Shown here: piece after piece, positions 30,417 through 41,497 of the stretch
Numbering within the stretch: the stretch's first letter is position 1
How the letters are laid out: each line of letters starts with the position of its first letter
Assembly (NCBI GenBank): GCA_027491735.1
Contig: JAOZGP010000005.1
Coordinates: 1-64,000 of the forward strand
DNA length: 64,000 nucleotides
Direction: 5' to 3'
Source: Thermoproteota archaeon
Lineage (GTDB): Archaea; Korarchaeota; Korarchaeia; Korarchaeales; Korarchaeaceae
Notes under the pieces: model-generated
Database searches by the model: none
What the model was told of the DNA's origin: nothing
What the model saw: only the letters and a program-made list of their open reading frames with translations
Program-made: the position numbers and the translations under genes

Positions 30417-32321
30417 TCACACAAGTCTGAGCTTCTCTCCAACGGAGGGAGCCATGACAGCGGTCCCTCTACCCAGCATCTTAGATAAAAGTGGTTTGAA
30501 GGATCTTATTTTCTCTGACTCCCCATGGACGAGGATTATTCTCGTTGGTCTGGGAGAGATCTTGGATGCATATGTTAGGAGTTGAACCTTGTCGGCGTGA
30601 GCAGAAAAACCCTCAACCACGTGGACCGAGGCCTTAACCTCTATAGCACTGAGAGACCCATTACCGTCTGGAATTCGCACTACTTTGGCTCCGTTCTTAA
30701 GCAATCTTCCGAGAGTTCCTTTAGCCTGATAGCTGACCAGAACTATCGAGTTCTTCTTGTCAGGGGCCATCTTTTTGAAGTATTCCACACTGGGCCCGCC
30801 GTTAAGCATTCCTGAAGGTGCTATTATCACGCTGGGCCCTCCTTCTATGACAGAATCTCTCTCCTCTACTCCTTTAAGCATGGAGAAGTGCTCGTCCGTG
30901 AAGGGATCCACATCCTCCTTGAACACCTTGCTCTTTATGTAATCTGATAGGTAGTTCGGGTAAGCGGAGTGTATTGCTGTGGAGTCGTAGATCATCCCAT
31001 CTATGTAGACAGGGATGTCCGGCAACTCCTTCTTAGAGAAGGCCTCCACGAGGGCTAGCATGATTTCCTGACCTCTTCCCACAGATAAGGCTGGTATGAG
31101 GACTTTCCCGCCGATCTCCACCGTATTCTTTATTATGTTCACCAGAGACCTCTCCGCCTCCCATAGAGGAGGAAGAACGTCCTCTTCACCACCGTACGTG
31201 GTCTCCATTATCATAGTTTCGACTTTGGGAAATGTAGAGGCTGCCTTATTCAAAAGTTTTGTATCTCTGAACCTGAAGTCCCCCGTGTAGAGGATATTAT
31301 GCCTCATGCTCCTGACGTTCAGATGAATCAGAGCGGATCCCAGAATGTGGCCGGCATTGTATAGGGTCAGCTTCATATCCGGCGATATATCGACCGTCTC
31401 CTCGTAATCTAAGGTGACTATGTGATTGAGCATTTCATTCACATCCGACTTGGAGAAGAAGGAAGTGATCCCCGTCCTCTCACACAACTTAAGATAGTCG
31501 AGCAGCAGGAGAATTATCAGGTCCCTTGTAGGTTTGGTTGTGTAGACAGGTCCTCTGTACCCATATTTGAAGAGAAGAGGAAGAGCTCCCGCGTGATCTA
31601 GATGAGCGTGCGATATGACTACTGCGTCCAGTTCATCTAGAGTGAATTCAGGAAGGTCAAATCGAGGAAAGGGCTCCTCCCCCCCGACGCTTATGCCAGC
31701 ATCAAGAAGCACAGAGCCTTCCCTTGCGGTCACCAATATAGCGCTTCGACCGACCTCCCTTGCTCCCCCCAGGAAACTCAAGTACAGTCCTCTGTTCAAC
31801 CCGATAGGTTCCCTGTAGATCCTTCTGGCCATCATCCTGAGATTTTTCTTCCGTTTCCTGGCGCCTTCGATTATAAATTTGTAGATCTCATTGAGAAGCT
31901 CGGATCTTATTGTTGGAGCACGTAAGATTACAGGCCTCCATCCAGTCCTCTTGAGGATCTCATTTATGCAGGCCCCTCCTCTACCCACGACATACCCTGT
32001 CCTTTTAGCTATTATGTAAGCTTCTCTAGTTTCTTTGACCAAGTTTATGCTTGAGATCTCTGCTTTATCCGGTATCACAGATCTTATCGCCTTTATGGCC
32101 TCATCCTCTAGGGTCATGGGTTTATCTGCCATTATTATGATCTTCTTTCTGAGAGCCTTCGCTACTTCGGCAATAGCCCCGCTGTCCAAGAACTCGGCAG
32201 GGTTTCTTACGTAAACAACGACGAATGGTCCCTCAAAATCTATCTTGCTTATCTTCCCTATTTTGGAGAGATGCTCGCGGACCTTCTTTTTGAGGTCCTC
32301 GAAGTTTTCCATATCTCTCAA
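30417..32321 (-). CDS. fttA: Beta-CASP ribonuclease aCPSF1 / termination factor FttA
   Basis: N-terminal KH domains, SHAHLDH, AGHILGS, FSAHAD, VHGE. Confidence 0.95.
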   Translation of the reverse strand: MRDMENFEDLKKKVREHLSKIGKISKIDFEGPFVVVYVRNPAEFLDSGAIAEVAKALRKKIIIMADKPMTLEDEAIKAIRSVIPDKAEISSINLVKETREAYIIAKRTGYVVGRGGACINEILKRTGWRPVILRAPTIRSELLNEIYKFIIEGARKRKKNLRMMARRIYREPIGLNRGLYLSFLGGAREVGRSAILVTAREGSVLLDAGISVGGEEPFPRFDLPEFTLDELDAVVISHAHLDHAGALPLLFKYGYRGPVYTTKPTRDLIILLLLDYLKLCERTGITSFFSKSDVNEMLNHIVTLDYEETVDISPDMKLTLYNAGHILGSALIHLNVRSMRHNILYTGDFRFRDTKLLNKAASTFPKVETMIMETTYGGEEDVLPPLWEAERSLVNIIKNTVEIGGKVLIPALSVGRGQEIMLALVEAFSKKELPDIPVYIDGMIYDSTAIHSAYPNYLSDYIKSKVFKEDVDPFTDEHFSMLKGVEERDSVIEGGPSVIIAPSGMLNGGPSVEYFKKMAPDKKNSIVLVSYQAKGTLGRLLKNGAKVVRIPDGNGSLSAIEVKASVHVVEGFSAHADKVQLLTYASKISPRPTRIILVHGESEKIRSFKPLLSKMLGRGTAVMAPSVGEKLRLV

Positions 32322-32992
32322 AACTCTCGATTACCTCCTCTCAATTTTTTGATAACCTCATTCACCTCTTCCGCAGTGAGGAAGTGAACTCCATCGCTGT
32401 CAACCACAGTCAGATCTATGCCATCGCCGGTGGCGGAGTCCCTAGATAAAGCCGCTAACATCGCATTTATCACCAAGAGTTTAGCGTTCTCAATACTCAT
32501 CTTAGGTGAGTAACCCTCCTCCACCACAGATATGGCTATTGGGGAACCGGATCCGGTAGCGAGATAGTCCTCCTCCGTCAAAGTCCCAAGAAAGTCCACG
32601 TTAAACAGATGAAAGCCCATGTCATCGAGACCGCCGACTATTAGGTGAGCTAGCATCAGGGGTCGATAGGACCTGAGCAGGATTGCCAGGTATCTGGCCA
32701 GTGAGCCTATCCTCAGAGATTTTCCCTCTTCATAGAAATGAAGATCTGAGATCATTCTTAGCATATTGGTCAGGTACTGGCCATCTGCCACCATTCCAGA
32801 TATTGTGGCCACGGCATGATCAGATATCTTTATTGTCTTATTTGCTCTCTTGCTTGCCACAAAAGTTTCCACTGAGGCTCTCTTGTCCGATGCTATTATG
32901 ACGCCCTCCTCAAACTTCACGCCCACAGTCGTGGTGCCCTTTAGGACCTTATCCATAAAGCTCGAGCGATCTGGTAGATTATGCATCTGCAT
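32318..32992 (-). CDS. psmB: Proteasome subunit beta
   Basis: Propeptide then GTTTVG, ASDKRA, TGSGS. Confidence 0.95.
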   Translation of the reverse strand: MQMHNLPDRSSFMDKVLKGTTTVGVKFEEGVIIASDKRASVETFVASKRANKTIKISDHAVATISGMVADGQYLTNMLRMISDLHFYEEGKSLRIGSLARYLAILLRSYRPLMLAHLIVGGLDDMGFHLFNVDFLGTLTEEDYLATGSGSPIAISVVEEGYSPKMSIENAKLLVINAMLAALSRDSATGDGIDLTVVDSDGVHFLTAEEVNEVIKKLRGGNREF

Positions 32993-33127
32993 AAGAAGAA
33001 CACCTTCCTCCTGAAGAGAGGAGCAAATCAGATCTCGACAACTGGAATGAAACTCCTCCTTGACCTCCAATAAGGAGGTCGAGCAAATATAAAAACATAG
33101 ACATCTCATGATATTAGGTTCTCTGAG

Positions 33128-33586
33128 GTGCGAGTGATGGAGGGAAGGATTGTTCTAGTGCCTAAATACTTGGCGAGAATTGGAGAAAAGTTTCAATTCT
33201 TGGAATACTCGGACAGATGTTTTGAATGTAAGTATAGAGCAGCTTGCATTGAGGGCTTAATCCCAGGGCGTGTTTATATTATTAAGGGGATAAAGGATAA
33301 GGAACTAGAGTGCCCGATCCATGGACCGATGGTTCCTGCTAGAGTTTTTGTGAGCGATGTGGAGGTCGCTATCCCCGCCAAAATCGCCGTTAAAGGGGCA
33401 ACGATCATATACAATAGGCCTTGGAGATGCGGTTCCCTGACATGTAAGTACTACCCAGTCTGCTTTCCCATCGGAGTGATCCCTGGAGATAAGATAAGGA
33501 TAGAGGAGTTTCTAGGGGAGATCCCTTCCTGTGAACACTTTAGCGAAAAAAGAGTTTCTTGTAGAGTTAGGGTTAAGGAAACCTGA
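33128..33586 (+). CDS. UPF0179 family protein
   Basis: Cys pattern C..C....C, CP.H, C....C.....C.P. Confidence 0.8.
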   Translation: MRVMEGRIVLVPKYLARIGEKFQFLEYSDRCFECKYRAACIEGLIPGRVYIIKGIKDKELECPIHGPMVPARVFVSDVEVAIPAKIAVKGATIIYNRPWRCGSLTCKYYPVCFPIGVIPGDKIRIEEFLGEIPSCEHFSEKRVSCRVRVKET

Positions 33587-33596
33587 GTTTCGTGCC

Positions 33597-34322
33597 TCAA
33601 GGTCCTTCTGGTATTTCGTATTCCTCTATAAACAGAACGTTTTTTATGTCCTTCATCTTCTTCATCAGATCGGAGATCACTCTAAGTTTCCTGGAGAAGG
33701 CATCTCTCTTCGTGTAGGCCACGGGTGGAATCTTTATCCTCACGGACCCGCCAAGAACCTCCACATCCACTTCTGAGTCGAGAGATATCTCGAATCGGCT
33801 TATCACGAGAGACCTTATCAGATCTTCCCTTGTTCTGGGCTTGTTTAGTATCTCAACCTCCACCTTCAGTTTCCTGCCAGCCATTGGATGATTGAAGTCT
33901 ATTCTAACCCTCCCCCCATCAACAGATATAACTTTGCCTATCTCCCCGTTTATCTTCACATAATCTCCTTTTTTGATATCTCTTATGCCATCTCTCTCCA
34001 ATCTTTTCACTGAAAACACCTTTATCTTCTTGGAATCGTGTTTTCCAAAGGTTTCCTCGGGATCCAGTTCTAAGATAGTTCTATCGCCCTCCTTTGAACT
34101 TCTGACGAAGTCTTCAACCTTCTTGAAGACTGCACCCTCCCCAGGTATCACCAAAATCGGAAGATAGAGACGACTATCTTCGGAGTACTTTCCTTCCTCC
34201 TTAGCGATTTTCTCCACAGTGGTGTCCAATAGCTCTCCCGTTTCAGCATCCCTTATTGTTAGATTTATCCAAGCCATTTCGTCGCAGCCGACGTCAAATG
34301 GTCCAGCACCCAGAATCATCAC
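33597..34322 (-). CDS. FKBP-type peptidyl-prolyl isomerase (SlyD-like)
   Basis: DTT, GRVRIDFNHPMAGR. Confidence 0.9.
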   Translation of the reverse strand: MMILGAGPFDVGCDEMAWINLTIRDAETGELLDTTVEKIAKEEGKYSEDSRLYLPILVIPGEGAVFKKVEDFVRSSKEGDRTILELDPEETFGKHDSKKIKVFSVKRLERDGIRDIKKGDYVKINGEIGKVISVDGGRVRIDFNHPMAGRKLKVEVEILNKPRTREDLIRSLVISRFEISLDSEVDVEVLGGSVRIKIPPVAYTKRDAFSRKLRVISDLMKKMKDIKNVLFIEEYEIPEGP

Positions 34323-34351
34323 CCTCCAGAGGCCGAAGTGTTGAGTGTTTT

Positions 34352-35803
34352 TTAACCTTTAACGACCCCTATGGGTGTCATCCTGACCACGAGCTTAGCT
34401 ATACCGGCTCTGTGCGTGGAGAGGGCTACCTCGTCCACGTTCTTGTAGGCTCCAGGAGCTTCCTCAGCGGCTACAGCAAACGACGCAGGTTTTACTATTA
34501 TGCCCTTTCTCTCCAGAGAAGCTACTATTTCAGTGCCCCTGAACATTCTCTTCGCTTTTGCTCGACTCATGACTCTCCCCGCTCCATGGGCGCTGGATCC
34601 GAAGGTTTCCTTCATAGACCTCTCTGTTCCCACCATAACGTAGGAAGCAGTTCCCTCAGACCCAGGTATCAGGACGGGTTGGCCTACATCACGATAGTCC
34701 TGCGGGATGTCAGGATGTCCGGGAGGAAATGCTCTAGTAGCTCCTTTCCTGTGAACAAACACTTTAACTTTTTTACCATCGACCTCGTGGGTCTCCACTT
34801 TAGCTATGTTGTGGGCCACATCATATACAAGCTGCATCCAAAGATCTTCTGGTGTCCTCTTAAACACCTGAGCGAAGGATTCCCTGACCCACTGCGTTAT
34901 TATCTGCCTGTTGGCCCAAGCATAGTTCGCAGCGCCCATCATCGCCTTGAAGTATCTATCAGCCAGATCTGACCCTGAATAAGCGAATATGAGCTGCCTA
35001 TCCACGAGCTTCATCCTAAGCTGATTTATGTTCCTCATCATCACATCTAAGTAGTCTGAGGCTACTTGATGTCCGAAACCTCTGCTTCCTGTGTGTATCA
35101 TCACAGTTATCTGGCCCTCCTGTGTGATACCCAAGCTTCTCGCAGCCTCCTCATCGTATATATTATCGACCCGTTGAACCTCCAGGAAGTGGTTTCCACT
35201 ACCCAATGTCCCCAGCTGAGGTGCTCCTCTCGACTTGGCTTTATTGCTTATGTATGAGGGATCGGCACCCTCCATGCTTCCATTTTCCTCACAGTGGCTC
35301 AGATCCTCCCTCCAGCCATATCCCTGCTCAACAGCCCATCTGGCTCCCTCAACTATCACTTCATCCAGCTGTTGGAAGGATAGCTTCAGACGTCCCCTGC
35401 TTCCTAACCCTGATGGAATGTTTCCGAAGAGAGTGTTCACTAAGTCTTTTAGCACCGGACGAACTTCTCTCTCTGAAAGATCAGTTCTTATCAGTCTAAC
35501 TCCGCAGTTTATATCAAAACCTACTCCTCCGGGGCTTATTATTCCCTCATAGTAGTCGAAGGCTGCGACACCTCCTATCGGAAAACCGTACCCTGTGTGT
35601 ATATCGGGCATCGCTATCGCGTATTTGTATATTCCTGGAAGCGTGGCAACGTTGGCGAGCTGCTCTATCGAGCCCCTCTCTATCATTGAGAGAAGCTTCT
35701 CAGAAGCTATAACCACGCCAGGAACTCTCATTCCAGGCTTGTAATCCTGAGGAAGCACCCATCTTACATCATCGATTCTCTTCAGGAGGTTCATGATGCT
35801 CAT
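34352..35803 (-). CDS. rtcB: RNA-splicing ligase RtcB
   Basis: MPDIHTGYGFPIGG, DINCG, GNHFLE, HRKGATR, AHGAGR. Confidence 0.97.
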   Translation of the reverse strand: MSIMNLLKRIDDVRWVLPQDYKPGMRVPGVVIASEKLLSMIERGSIEQLANVATLPGIYKYAIAMPDIHTGYGFPIGGVAAFDYYEGIISPGGVGFDINCGVRLIRTDLSEREVRPVLKDLVNTLFGNIPSGLGSRGRLKLSFQQLDEVIVEGARWAVEQGYGWREDLSHCEENGSMEGADPSYISNKAKSRGAPQLGTLGSGNHFLEVQRVDNIYDEEAARSLGITQEGQITVMIHTGSRGFGHQVASDYLDVMMRNINQLRMKLVDRQLIFAYSGSDLADRYFKAMMGAANYAWANRQIITQWVRESFAQVFKRTPEDLWMQLVYDVAHNIAKVETHEVDGKKVKVFVHRKGATRAFPPGHPDIPQDYRDVGQPVLIPGSEGTASYVMVGTERSMKETFGSSAHGAGRVMSRAKAKRMFRGTEIVASLERKGIIVKPASFAVAAEEAPGAYKNVDEVALSTHRAGIAKLVVRMTPIGVVKG

Positions 35804-35863
35804 AGCTCTATCCTATGAGGTGTCCGTCCACCACTCTTTAAATTTGCCATCGACATAACATAT

Positions 35864-36586
35864 ATGCAGGGTTCCTTGAGGGCCAAGATTGGTCAGCATT
35901 TCCTCAGATCTCGTAAACATATATCGATCATATGTGATGCAGCGGATATTCGCAGCCGAGACGTGGTCGCCGACCTAGGGGCGGGGAGGGGAGCTATTTC
36001 CAAAGAGCTTCTAAAAAGGAATCCCAAATCCCTGTATGTTGTAGAAATTGATGAGTGTTTGTGTCGCTCTTTACAGAAGAAGCTACAGCACGAAAACGTT
36101 GTGATCCTATGCAGGAATCTGCTCGAGGTACTTCCGTCCGATGAGTTCGATAAGATAGTGTCTTCTCCTCCTTACTACATCTCAAGCAAACTTATTGAGA
36201 GACTCGCCATGTCCAGGTTTAAGAGGGCCGTGCTCGTCCTGCAGAGCGAGTATGTAGGTAAAATGCTTGCCAAACCAGGAACCCGTAAGTATGGATGGCT
36301 CTCTGCGATCTCCCAAGCGTGCTTTCGGATCGAAGTCATCTCTTTTGTGCCCAAGGAGTGTTTTGATCCACCTCCCAGGGTGGACTCCCTTGTGATTTCC
36401 TTAGCTCAGAAGAGACGTGCTTCTCAGAGGTTCATAAGGCTCGTCAGATCGGCCTTCCTCTCCAGAAGAAGGAAAGTAAAGAACTCATCCCTAGCAAAAA
36501 TAGTCAAGGAAACTCAACTCAGGGAAAAGAGAGTTTTTGAGTTAACTCCTGAGGATTTCGTTGTGATTCTGAGGGATAACTCTTGA
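35864..36586 (+). CDS. rsmA: 16S rRNA dimethyladenosine transferase
   Basis: GQHFL, GAGRG, SPPYYISS, PPPRVDS. Confidence 0.92.
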   Translation: MQGSLRAKIGQHFLRSRKHISIICDAADIRSRDVVADLGAGRGAISKELLKRNPKSLYVVEIDECLCRSLQKKLQHENVVILCRNLLEVLPSDEFDKIVSSPPYYISSKLIERLAMSRFKRAVLVLQSEYVGKMLAKPGTRKYGWLSAISQACFRIEVISFVPKECFDPPPRVDSLVISLAQKRRASQRFIRLVRSAFLSRRRKVKNSSLAKIVKETQLREKRVFELTPEDFVVILRDNS

Positions 36587-37182
36587 GAAAGACGGTGTTT
36601 CATGGAATCCGGCTGATCATTCCGGAAACCGTGTATGAACCAGCAGAGGACACGAAACTCATACTGGAGGCGTTGGAAGAGCTATCTCCTGAAGGTAAGT
36701 TGGCTGCAGATGTAGGATGTGGATCCGGGATCTTGAGCATCTACCTTGCCAGATCTTTTGAGAGGGTCATCGGGATGGATGTTAATCCTGACGCTCTGTC
36801 AGCTCTCCGCGAGAACGCATCCCTAAACGAAGTAAGTGATAAGATCTTGATGGTCTGCTCTGATGTCATCTCGCCGTTGCGAGTTAAACTCGATCTAGCG
36901 GTGTTCAACCCTCCATATCTCCCAGAGTCTCCCCGAAAAGAGGATCTGTTGACCTATTCATGGTGCGGTGGGCGCCGGGGGAGAGAGGTCTTGGATAGGT
37001 TCCTGCTCCAGGTCAGGGATGCCGTCCGAGATGGAGGCCACGTGATCTTTCTGCAGACAGAGAGAAACGGTGTTCCTGAAACCGAGACGTTGCTTTCATC
37101 CCTGGGATTTAGGGGGCAGATATTGAAGGAGAGAAAGCTCTGCTTCGACAGACTGCTGGTCTGGATGGCCCAGAAAATCTGA
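36583..37182 (+). CDS. HemK2/PrmC protein methyltransferase
   Basis: VYEPAEDT, GCGSG, FNPPYLP, GG..GR. Confidence 0.9.
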   Translation: MRKTVFHGIRLIIPETVYEPAEDTKLILEALEELSPEGKLAADVGCGSGILSIYLARSFERVIGMDVNPDALSALRENASLNEVSDKILMVCSDVISPLRVKLDLAVFNPPYLPESPRKEDLLTYSWCGGRRGREVLDRFLLQVRDAVRDGGHVIFLQTERNGVPETETLLSSLGFRGQILKERKLCFDRLLVWMAQKI

Positions 37183-37236
37183 TTATATAAAATACAAATT
37201 TTTAGCTTTGTAGGGGTGAGTAGCCTCAGATGATAC

Positions 37237-38454
37237 ATGCCCCCGAGAGACCTGATGACTATCGATGATCTCGCCCTTGAGGGGAAGAAGGTGTTTCTGA
37301 GGGTTGATTTCAATGTACCTGTTGATAAGGAGGGAAGAATCTCCGACCCGGCGAAGATAAAGGATGCTGTGCCCACTGTAAGAGAGCTGTTGGATAAGGG
37401 AGCATCTCTTGTTATAGGAACTCATCAGGGTAGACCAGGAAGTTATGATTTTCTTTCAACAGAGCAGCATGCTCATTATCTCTCAGAGTTTCTCGGAATG
37501 GAGGTAGAGCACGTAGACGAAGTCCTATCGAAGAGAGTTCAGGAGAGGGTCAAGTCACTTAGACCGGGAGAGGTGATCATGTTGGAGAATCTCAGATTCG
37601 CTGCTGAAGAGAATATAGAACTTCCATTATCAAAGCTTCTTAAAACCAACCTCGTGAGGAGGCTCTCTCCGCTTTTTGATGCCTACGTCAACGACGCTTT
37701 CCAAACAGCTCATCGGGGACATCCCTCGCTGGTGGCCTTCCCATATCTGATGCCCTCCGCAGCTGGAAGGCTCATGGAGCGCATGGTCAGGGAAATGGCC
37801 GAGATCGACTCCATACCAGGGAGGAGAACTTTTTTGTTGGGCGGATCCAAGGTCGAGGACAAGCTTAAGGTTGCAATTCATTCTCTCAAGAATCACAGAG
37901 CGGAAACCATCCTGACTGGAGGATTGGTGGGGGCTCTTCTGGCCTACGCTGCAGGAAACAAGATAGGGATAACGCTTGATTACATGAAGGACCTCGATAT
38001 CCTCGTGCCAGCAGCCAAGGAGGTGTTGGGGGAGTTCAGGGAGAGAATATATTATCCTGTGGATTTTATCGTTGTGAGAAACAGGAACAGGAGAGTAGTG
38101 CCTGTTTATGGTGTACCGGATGATGCTGAGATAGTTGATATAGGGCCAGGAACTCTCGAGATCTACAAAGAGAAGTTAGAAGAGTCCGATCTCGTCGTAG
38201 CAAATGGACCCATGGGTGTCTTTGAAGATCCAGAGTTCAGAAGGGGAACTGTAGAGCTTATAAAGATTGCTGAACGCTCATCCGGCGAATTTGTCTTCTG
38301 TGGGGGGCATCTAAGCTCTGCTGCAAAAGCTCTTGGTCTAGAAAGGAGTAGTAGGGTTTACACAGCTGGAGGAGCGATACTATACAGCTTGGCGGGACTC
38401 CCTCTTCCCGCCATAAAAGCCCTGAGGGAGGGGCAGAGGCATGCCCATCATTAA
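37237..38454 (+). CDS. pgk: Phosphoglycerate kinase
   Basis: RVDFNVP, LENLRF, NGPMGVFE. Confidence 0.97.
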   Translation: MPPRDLMTIDDLALEGKKVFLRVDFNVPVDKEGRISDPAKIKDAVPTVRELLDKGASLVIGTHQGRPGSYDFLSTEQHAHYLSEFLGMEVEHVDEVLSKRVQERVKSLRPGEVIMLENLRFAAEENIELPLSKLLKTNLVRRLSPLFDAYVNDAFQTAHRGHPSLVAFPYLMPSAAGRLMERMVREMAEIDSIPGRRTFLLGGSKVEDKLKVAIHSLKNHRAETILTGGLVGALLAYAAGNKIGITLDYMKDLDILVPAAKEVLGEFRERIYYPVDFIVVRNRNRRVVPVYGVPDDAEIVDIGPGTLEIYKEKLEESDLVVANGPMGVFEDPEFRRGTVELIKIAERSSGEFVFCGGHLSSAAKALGLERSSRVYTAGGAILYSLAGLPLPAIKALREGQRHAHH

Positions 38455-39466
38455 GGTCGGAGTAGTCGGTTTCGGAACCATAGGGAGCAGGGTTGCTGAC
38501 GCCGTCCTCCGGCAACCTGACATGAAGCTCGTCGGCGTGGCCAAGGTCACTCCTGATTACAAGGCCAAGCTCGCCCTCGAAAGAGAGATAAATGTCTTCG
38601 TACCCGAGAGTTCTATGGATAGATGGGAAGAGCTCGGCCTGAAGATATCAGGTACAGTGGAGGACCTGATAGACTCCTCGGACATAGTGATCGACGCCAC
38701 TCCCGGAGGAGTTGGATTAAAGAACCTCGAGCTATACAAAAAGGCGGGCAGAAAGGCTATACTTCAAGGAGGAGAAAGGGGAGAAGCCGTCGAGGCCACG
38801 ATTGTGCCCCAGGTCAACTACCATGAGGCGCGGGGTAAGATGGTGGTCAGGGTCCCCTCCTGCAACACCACCGGATTGGTGAGATGTATCTGGGGATTGA
38901 GACGAGAGGTTGGAGTTGAGAGAGTCTTCGCGTTCTTGGTCAGAAGATCTGCTGATCCAGCTGATAAGAAAGGCGGCCCCTTGGACTCCATGGAGCTCAA
39001 TCCCGTAAGACCACCATCCCATCACGGAGAGGATGTCAGGACTGTTCTCAGAGATTTAAGCATCTTCACCACTGCTGTAAAGACCCCGGTTACCCATGCC
39101 CACGTGCACATGTTGCTTATCAAGCTGAGCAAAGCGATCCCCAGGAGGGATGTGGTGGATATCCTGGCAGAGGAAAGAAGAGTGCTTTTGGTTCCCGAGA
39201 GTCTCGGAATGAGGCGTACATCCGACGTCTTTGAGTTGAGCAGGCATCTTAAAAGGCCTTTCAACAACATATACGAGAACATTGTGTGGTTGGACTCCAT
39301 ACACTGTGATGAGGGATGGGTCTATCTCGCTCAAGCGATCCACCAGGAGGCCATAGTTGTCCCAGAGAACGTGGATGTGATTAGAGCCATGTGCACCGAT
39401 GTGGATGCGGAAAGCTCCATGAACACCACAGACATCAGACTTGGCATCAGAAAGGGCATACTGTGA
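38441..39466 (+). CDS. gap: Type II glyceraldehyde-3-phosphate dehydrogenase
   Basis: GFGTIG.RVADA, SCNTT, HQEAIVVPEN. Confidence 0.96.
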   Translation: MPIIKVGVVGFGTIGSRVADAVLRQPDMKLVGVAKVTPDYKAKLALEREINVFVPESSMDRWEELGLKISGTVEDLIDSSDIVIDATPGGVGLKNLELYKKAGRKAILQGGERGEAVEATIVPQVNYHEARGKMVVRVPSCNTTGLVRCIWGLRREVGVERVFAFLVRRSADPADKKGGPLDSMELNPVRPPSHHGEDVRTVLRDLSIFTTAVKTPVTHAHVHMLLIKLSKAIPRRDVVDILAEERRVLLVPESLGMRRTSDVFELSRHLKRPFNNIYENIVWLDSIHCDEGWVYLAQAIHQEAIVVPENVDVIRAMCTDVDAESSMNTTDIRLGIRKGIL

Positions 39467-40839
39467 AGAAGGGTGAATTTCTCTTGGGGCTCGTTTTCAC
39501 GCCATTAGGGATAAGAGGTGTCTTCGGAAGGGACCTTACGACATTAGATGTGCTCATGATAACAAACTCGTTTGGGAGATTGCTTGGAGAAGGATCGACG
39601 GTGGTTCTCGGAATGGATACAAGAAGTAGTAGCCCTCTCGTCTCGAAAGCTGTTTCAGCGGGGTTGTTATCTGCTGGTGTAGATGTCATCGACATAGGAG
39701 TTGCTCCCACTCCGACTATAGAGTGGGCGGTGGATTTTCTCAATGCCGATGGCGGAGTTGTGGTTTCTGCCTCCCACAATCCACCTGAGTGGAATGCTTT
39801 GAAGCTTCTTGGAGAGAGAGGAATTTTGATAGACCCCAAAGATTCTGAGACCATTAGAGAGGACTATCTGGGTAGGAAGTTTGACAGCGTCCCTTGGGAT
39901 AAAGTAGGAAACGAGATGGAGGCCGATGTCGTAGAGGATTACATAGCAGCTATCTTATCATTGGTGGACGTTGACTCCGTGAGAGAGGCTGGGCTCAAGG
40001 TCGTATTAGATCCTAACGGAGGAGCTGGCTCGATCGTGACTCCTTACCTCCTCAGGGAGATGGGAGTCGAGTTGACCACCCTGAACTCCGTCCCTGGAAT
40101 TTTCTGCAGGGAACTGGAGCCTCGACCAGAGGTGTTAAAGAATCTGGTCAGCTTGGTCAGGGCCGTAGATGCAGATGTGGGATTCGCGCATGACACCGAT
40201 GCCGATAGGCTTGCTATAGTCACTGAGAGGGGAGAGGCTGTGGCGGAGGATGTGACCTTAGCCCTGGTCGTGGAGAAGGTTTTAAAGGAGAGGAGAGGGG
40301 GTACTCTCGTTGTCAACATAGCTTCCTCAAGGATTTTCGATGACCTAGCGGAAAGATACGGAGGGAAGGTTGTTCGTGTTCCTGTCGGAGAGGTGTACGT
40401 TGCTAGGAAGATGCTGGAGCTGTCCGCTGATGTAGGAGGGGAAGGCAGCTGTGGCGGAGTTATTTATCCAGCACTTCACTATGGAAGAGATGGTCCTCTA
40501 GCAGCTGCTATGATATTGGAGCGGCTCGCTAAGGAGGGAAGAAAATTAAGCGAGCTCGTAGCAGATCTTCCTCAGTATGCTACTGTGAGAGGGAGTGTTT
40601 CTGGAGAGGTGAACTGGAATGCCCTGAGGGAGGAGATCCTCAAGATATCCAAGGAGAGAAGTATAGTAGGGATCAGTGAGTTGGATGGAGTTCGGATCGA
40701 CTCTGAGGACTTCTGGGTGCTGGTCAGACCTTCTCGTACAGAGCATAAGGTAAGGATAGTCGTTGAAGCGAAAGAGAGGAGAAAGGCTGAGAGATTGTTT
40801 AATGAATTTGTGAGAATCGTCAGGGACCATGTCTCATAG
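39463..40839 (+). CDS. Phosphohexomutase (PGM/PMM/GlmM family)
   Basis: SASHNP, DTDADR, VRPSRTE. Confidence 0.92.
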   Translation: MKKGEFLLGLVFTPLGIRGVFGRDLTTLDVLMITNSFGRLLGEGSTVVLGMDTRSSSPLVSKAVSAGLLSAGVDVIDIGVAPTPTIEWAVDFLNADGGVVVSASHNPPEWNALKLLGERGILIDPKDSETIREDYLGRKFDSVPWDKVGNEMEADVVEDYIAAILSLVDVDSVREAGLKVVLDPNGGAGSIVTPYLLREMGVELTTLNSVPGIFCRELEPRPEVLKNLVSLVRAVDADVGFAHDTDADRLAIVTERGEAVAEDVTLALVVEKVLKERRGGTLVVNIASSRIFDDLAERYGGKVVRVPVGEVYVARKMLELSADVGGEGSCGGVIYPALHYGRDGPLAAAMILERLAKEGRKLSELVADLPQYATVRGSVSGEVNWNALREEILKISKERSIVGISELDGVRIDSEDFWVLVRPSRTEHKVRIVVEAKERRKAERLFNEFVRIVRDHVS

Positions 40840-41275
40840 CTTCCCTCACTTTTTCCATCTTCAACTGCAATCTCTTCCAGGTAGACCACATAAGGACGTA
40901 GGATATCAGGATATATGGCATGTAAAGGAGGAGGTTCTCCACAGGCGTCTTGGCCACAGGAGAGAACATGCCGGCGAGAGGTATGCCCACGCCGGCCACC
41001 AGAATTCCTCTTTTGAAATAACGAATAATTTCCCCCAGGTATTCAGATAACATCATCCTCTTGGCCTGCGATTCGCAGAAGAAAAACAGCGCCAGCGCCG
41101 CGGTCATTGTGAGAAAGGTGCCCAATGGATACTTCTCGTAGGGAATGTTTACAAAGGATATCCTGAGGGAGGAGATCACGAGAAAAACAGCCGGTATGAG
41201 AGCGATTCCCCCCATCAGCTTCTCCATCTCAGATAAGCTTTCAACGATCCCGTCCTCACCAGCCGTGTGAAACAC
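40820..41275 (-). CDS. Membrane protein (4 TM)
   Basis: Four hydrophobic segments. Confidence 0.65.
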   Translation of the reverse strand: MFHTAGEDGIVESLSEMEKLMGGIALIPAVFLVISSLRISFVNIPYEKYPLGTFLTMTAALALFFFCESQAKRMMLSEYLGEIIRYFKRGILVAGVGIPLAGMFSPVAKTPVENLLLYMPYILISYVLMWSTWKRLQLKMEKVREAMRHGP

Positions 41276-41497
41276 CCAGAGGGTTACCTGCGGACCAGTT
41301 TAAAAGTATCCTCAGGGTTTCGGAGGTTGAAGATAAAGAGCATACATCACAACGAATTTTCTAATTTACATAAATCTGTCTTCAGCTCATCGACCAAGCA
41401 TGATCCCCCGAAGGGAAGTTTTATATTTCCCCCGGCTCAAAGAACTGACGGCAGGTCGATAGTTTAAAAAGGTGATCAGGCTACGTGATTTGGTGAG

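Noticed and set aside
33020-33090. Hairpin GACCTCC-aataa-GGAGGTC with a GAGCAAAT repeat upstream of psmB
   Set aside because: A single hairpin overlapping the promoter region, with no further motif support
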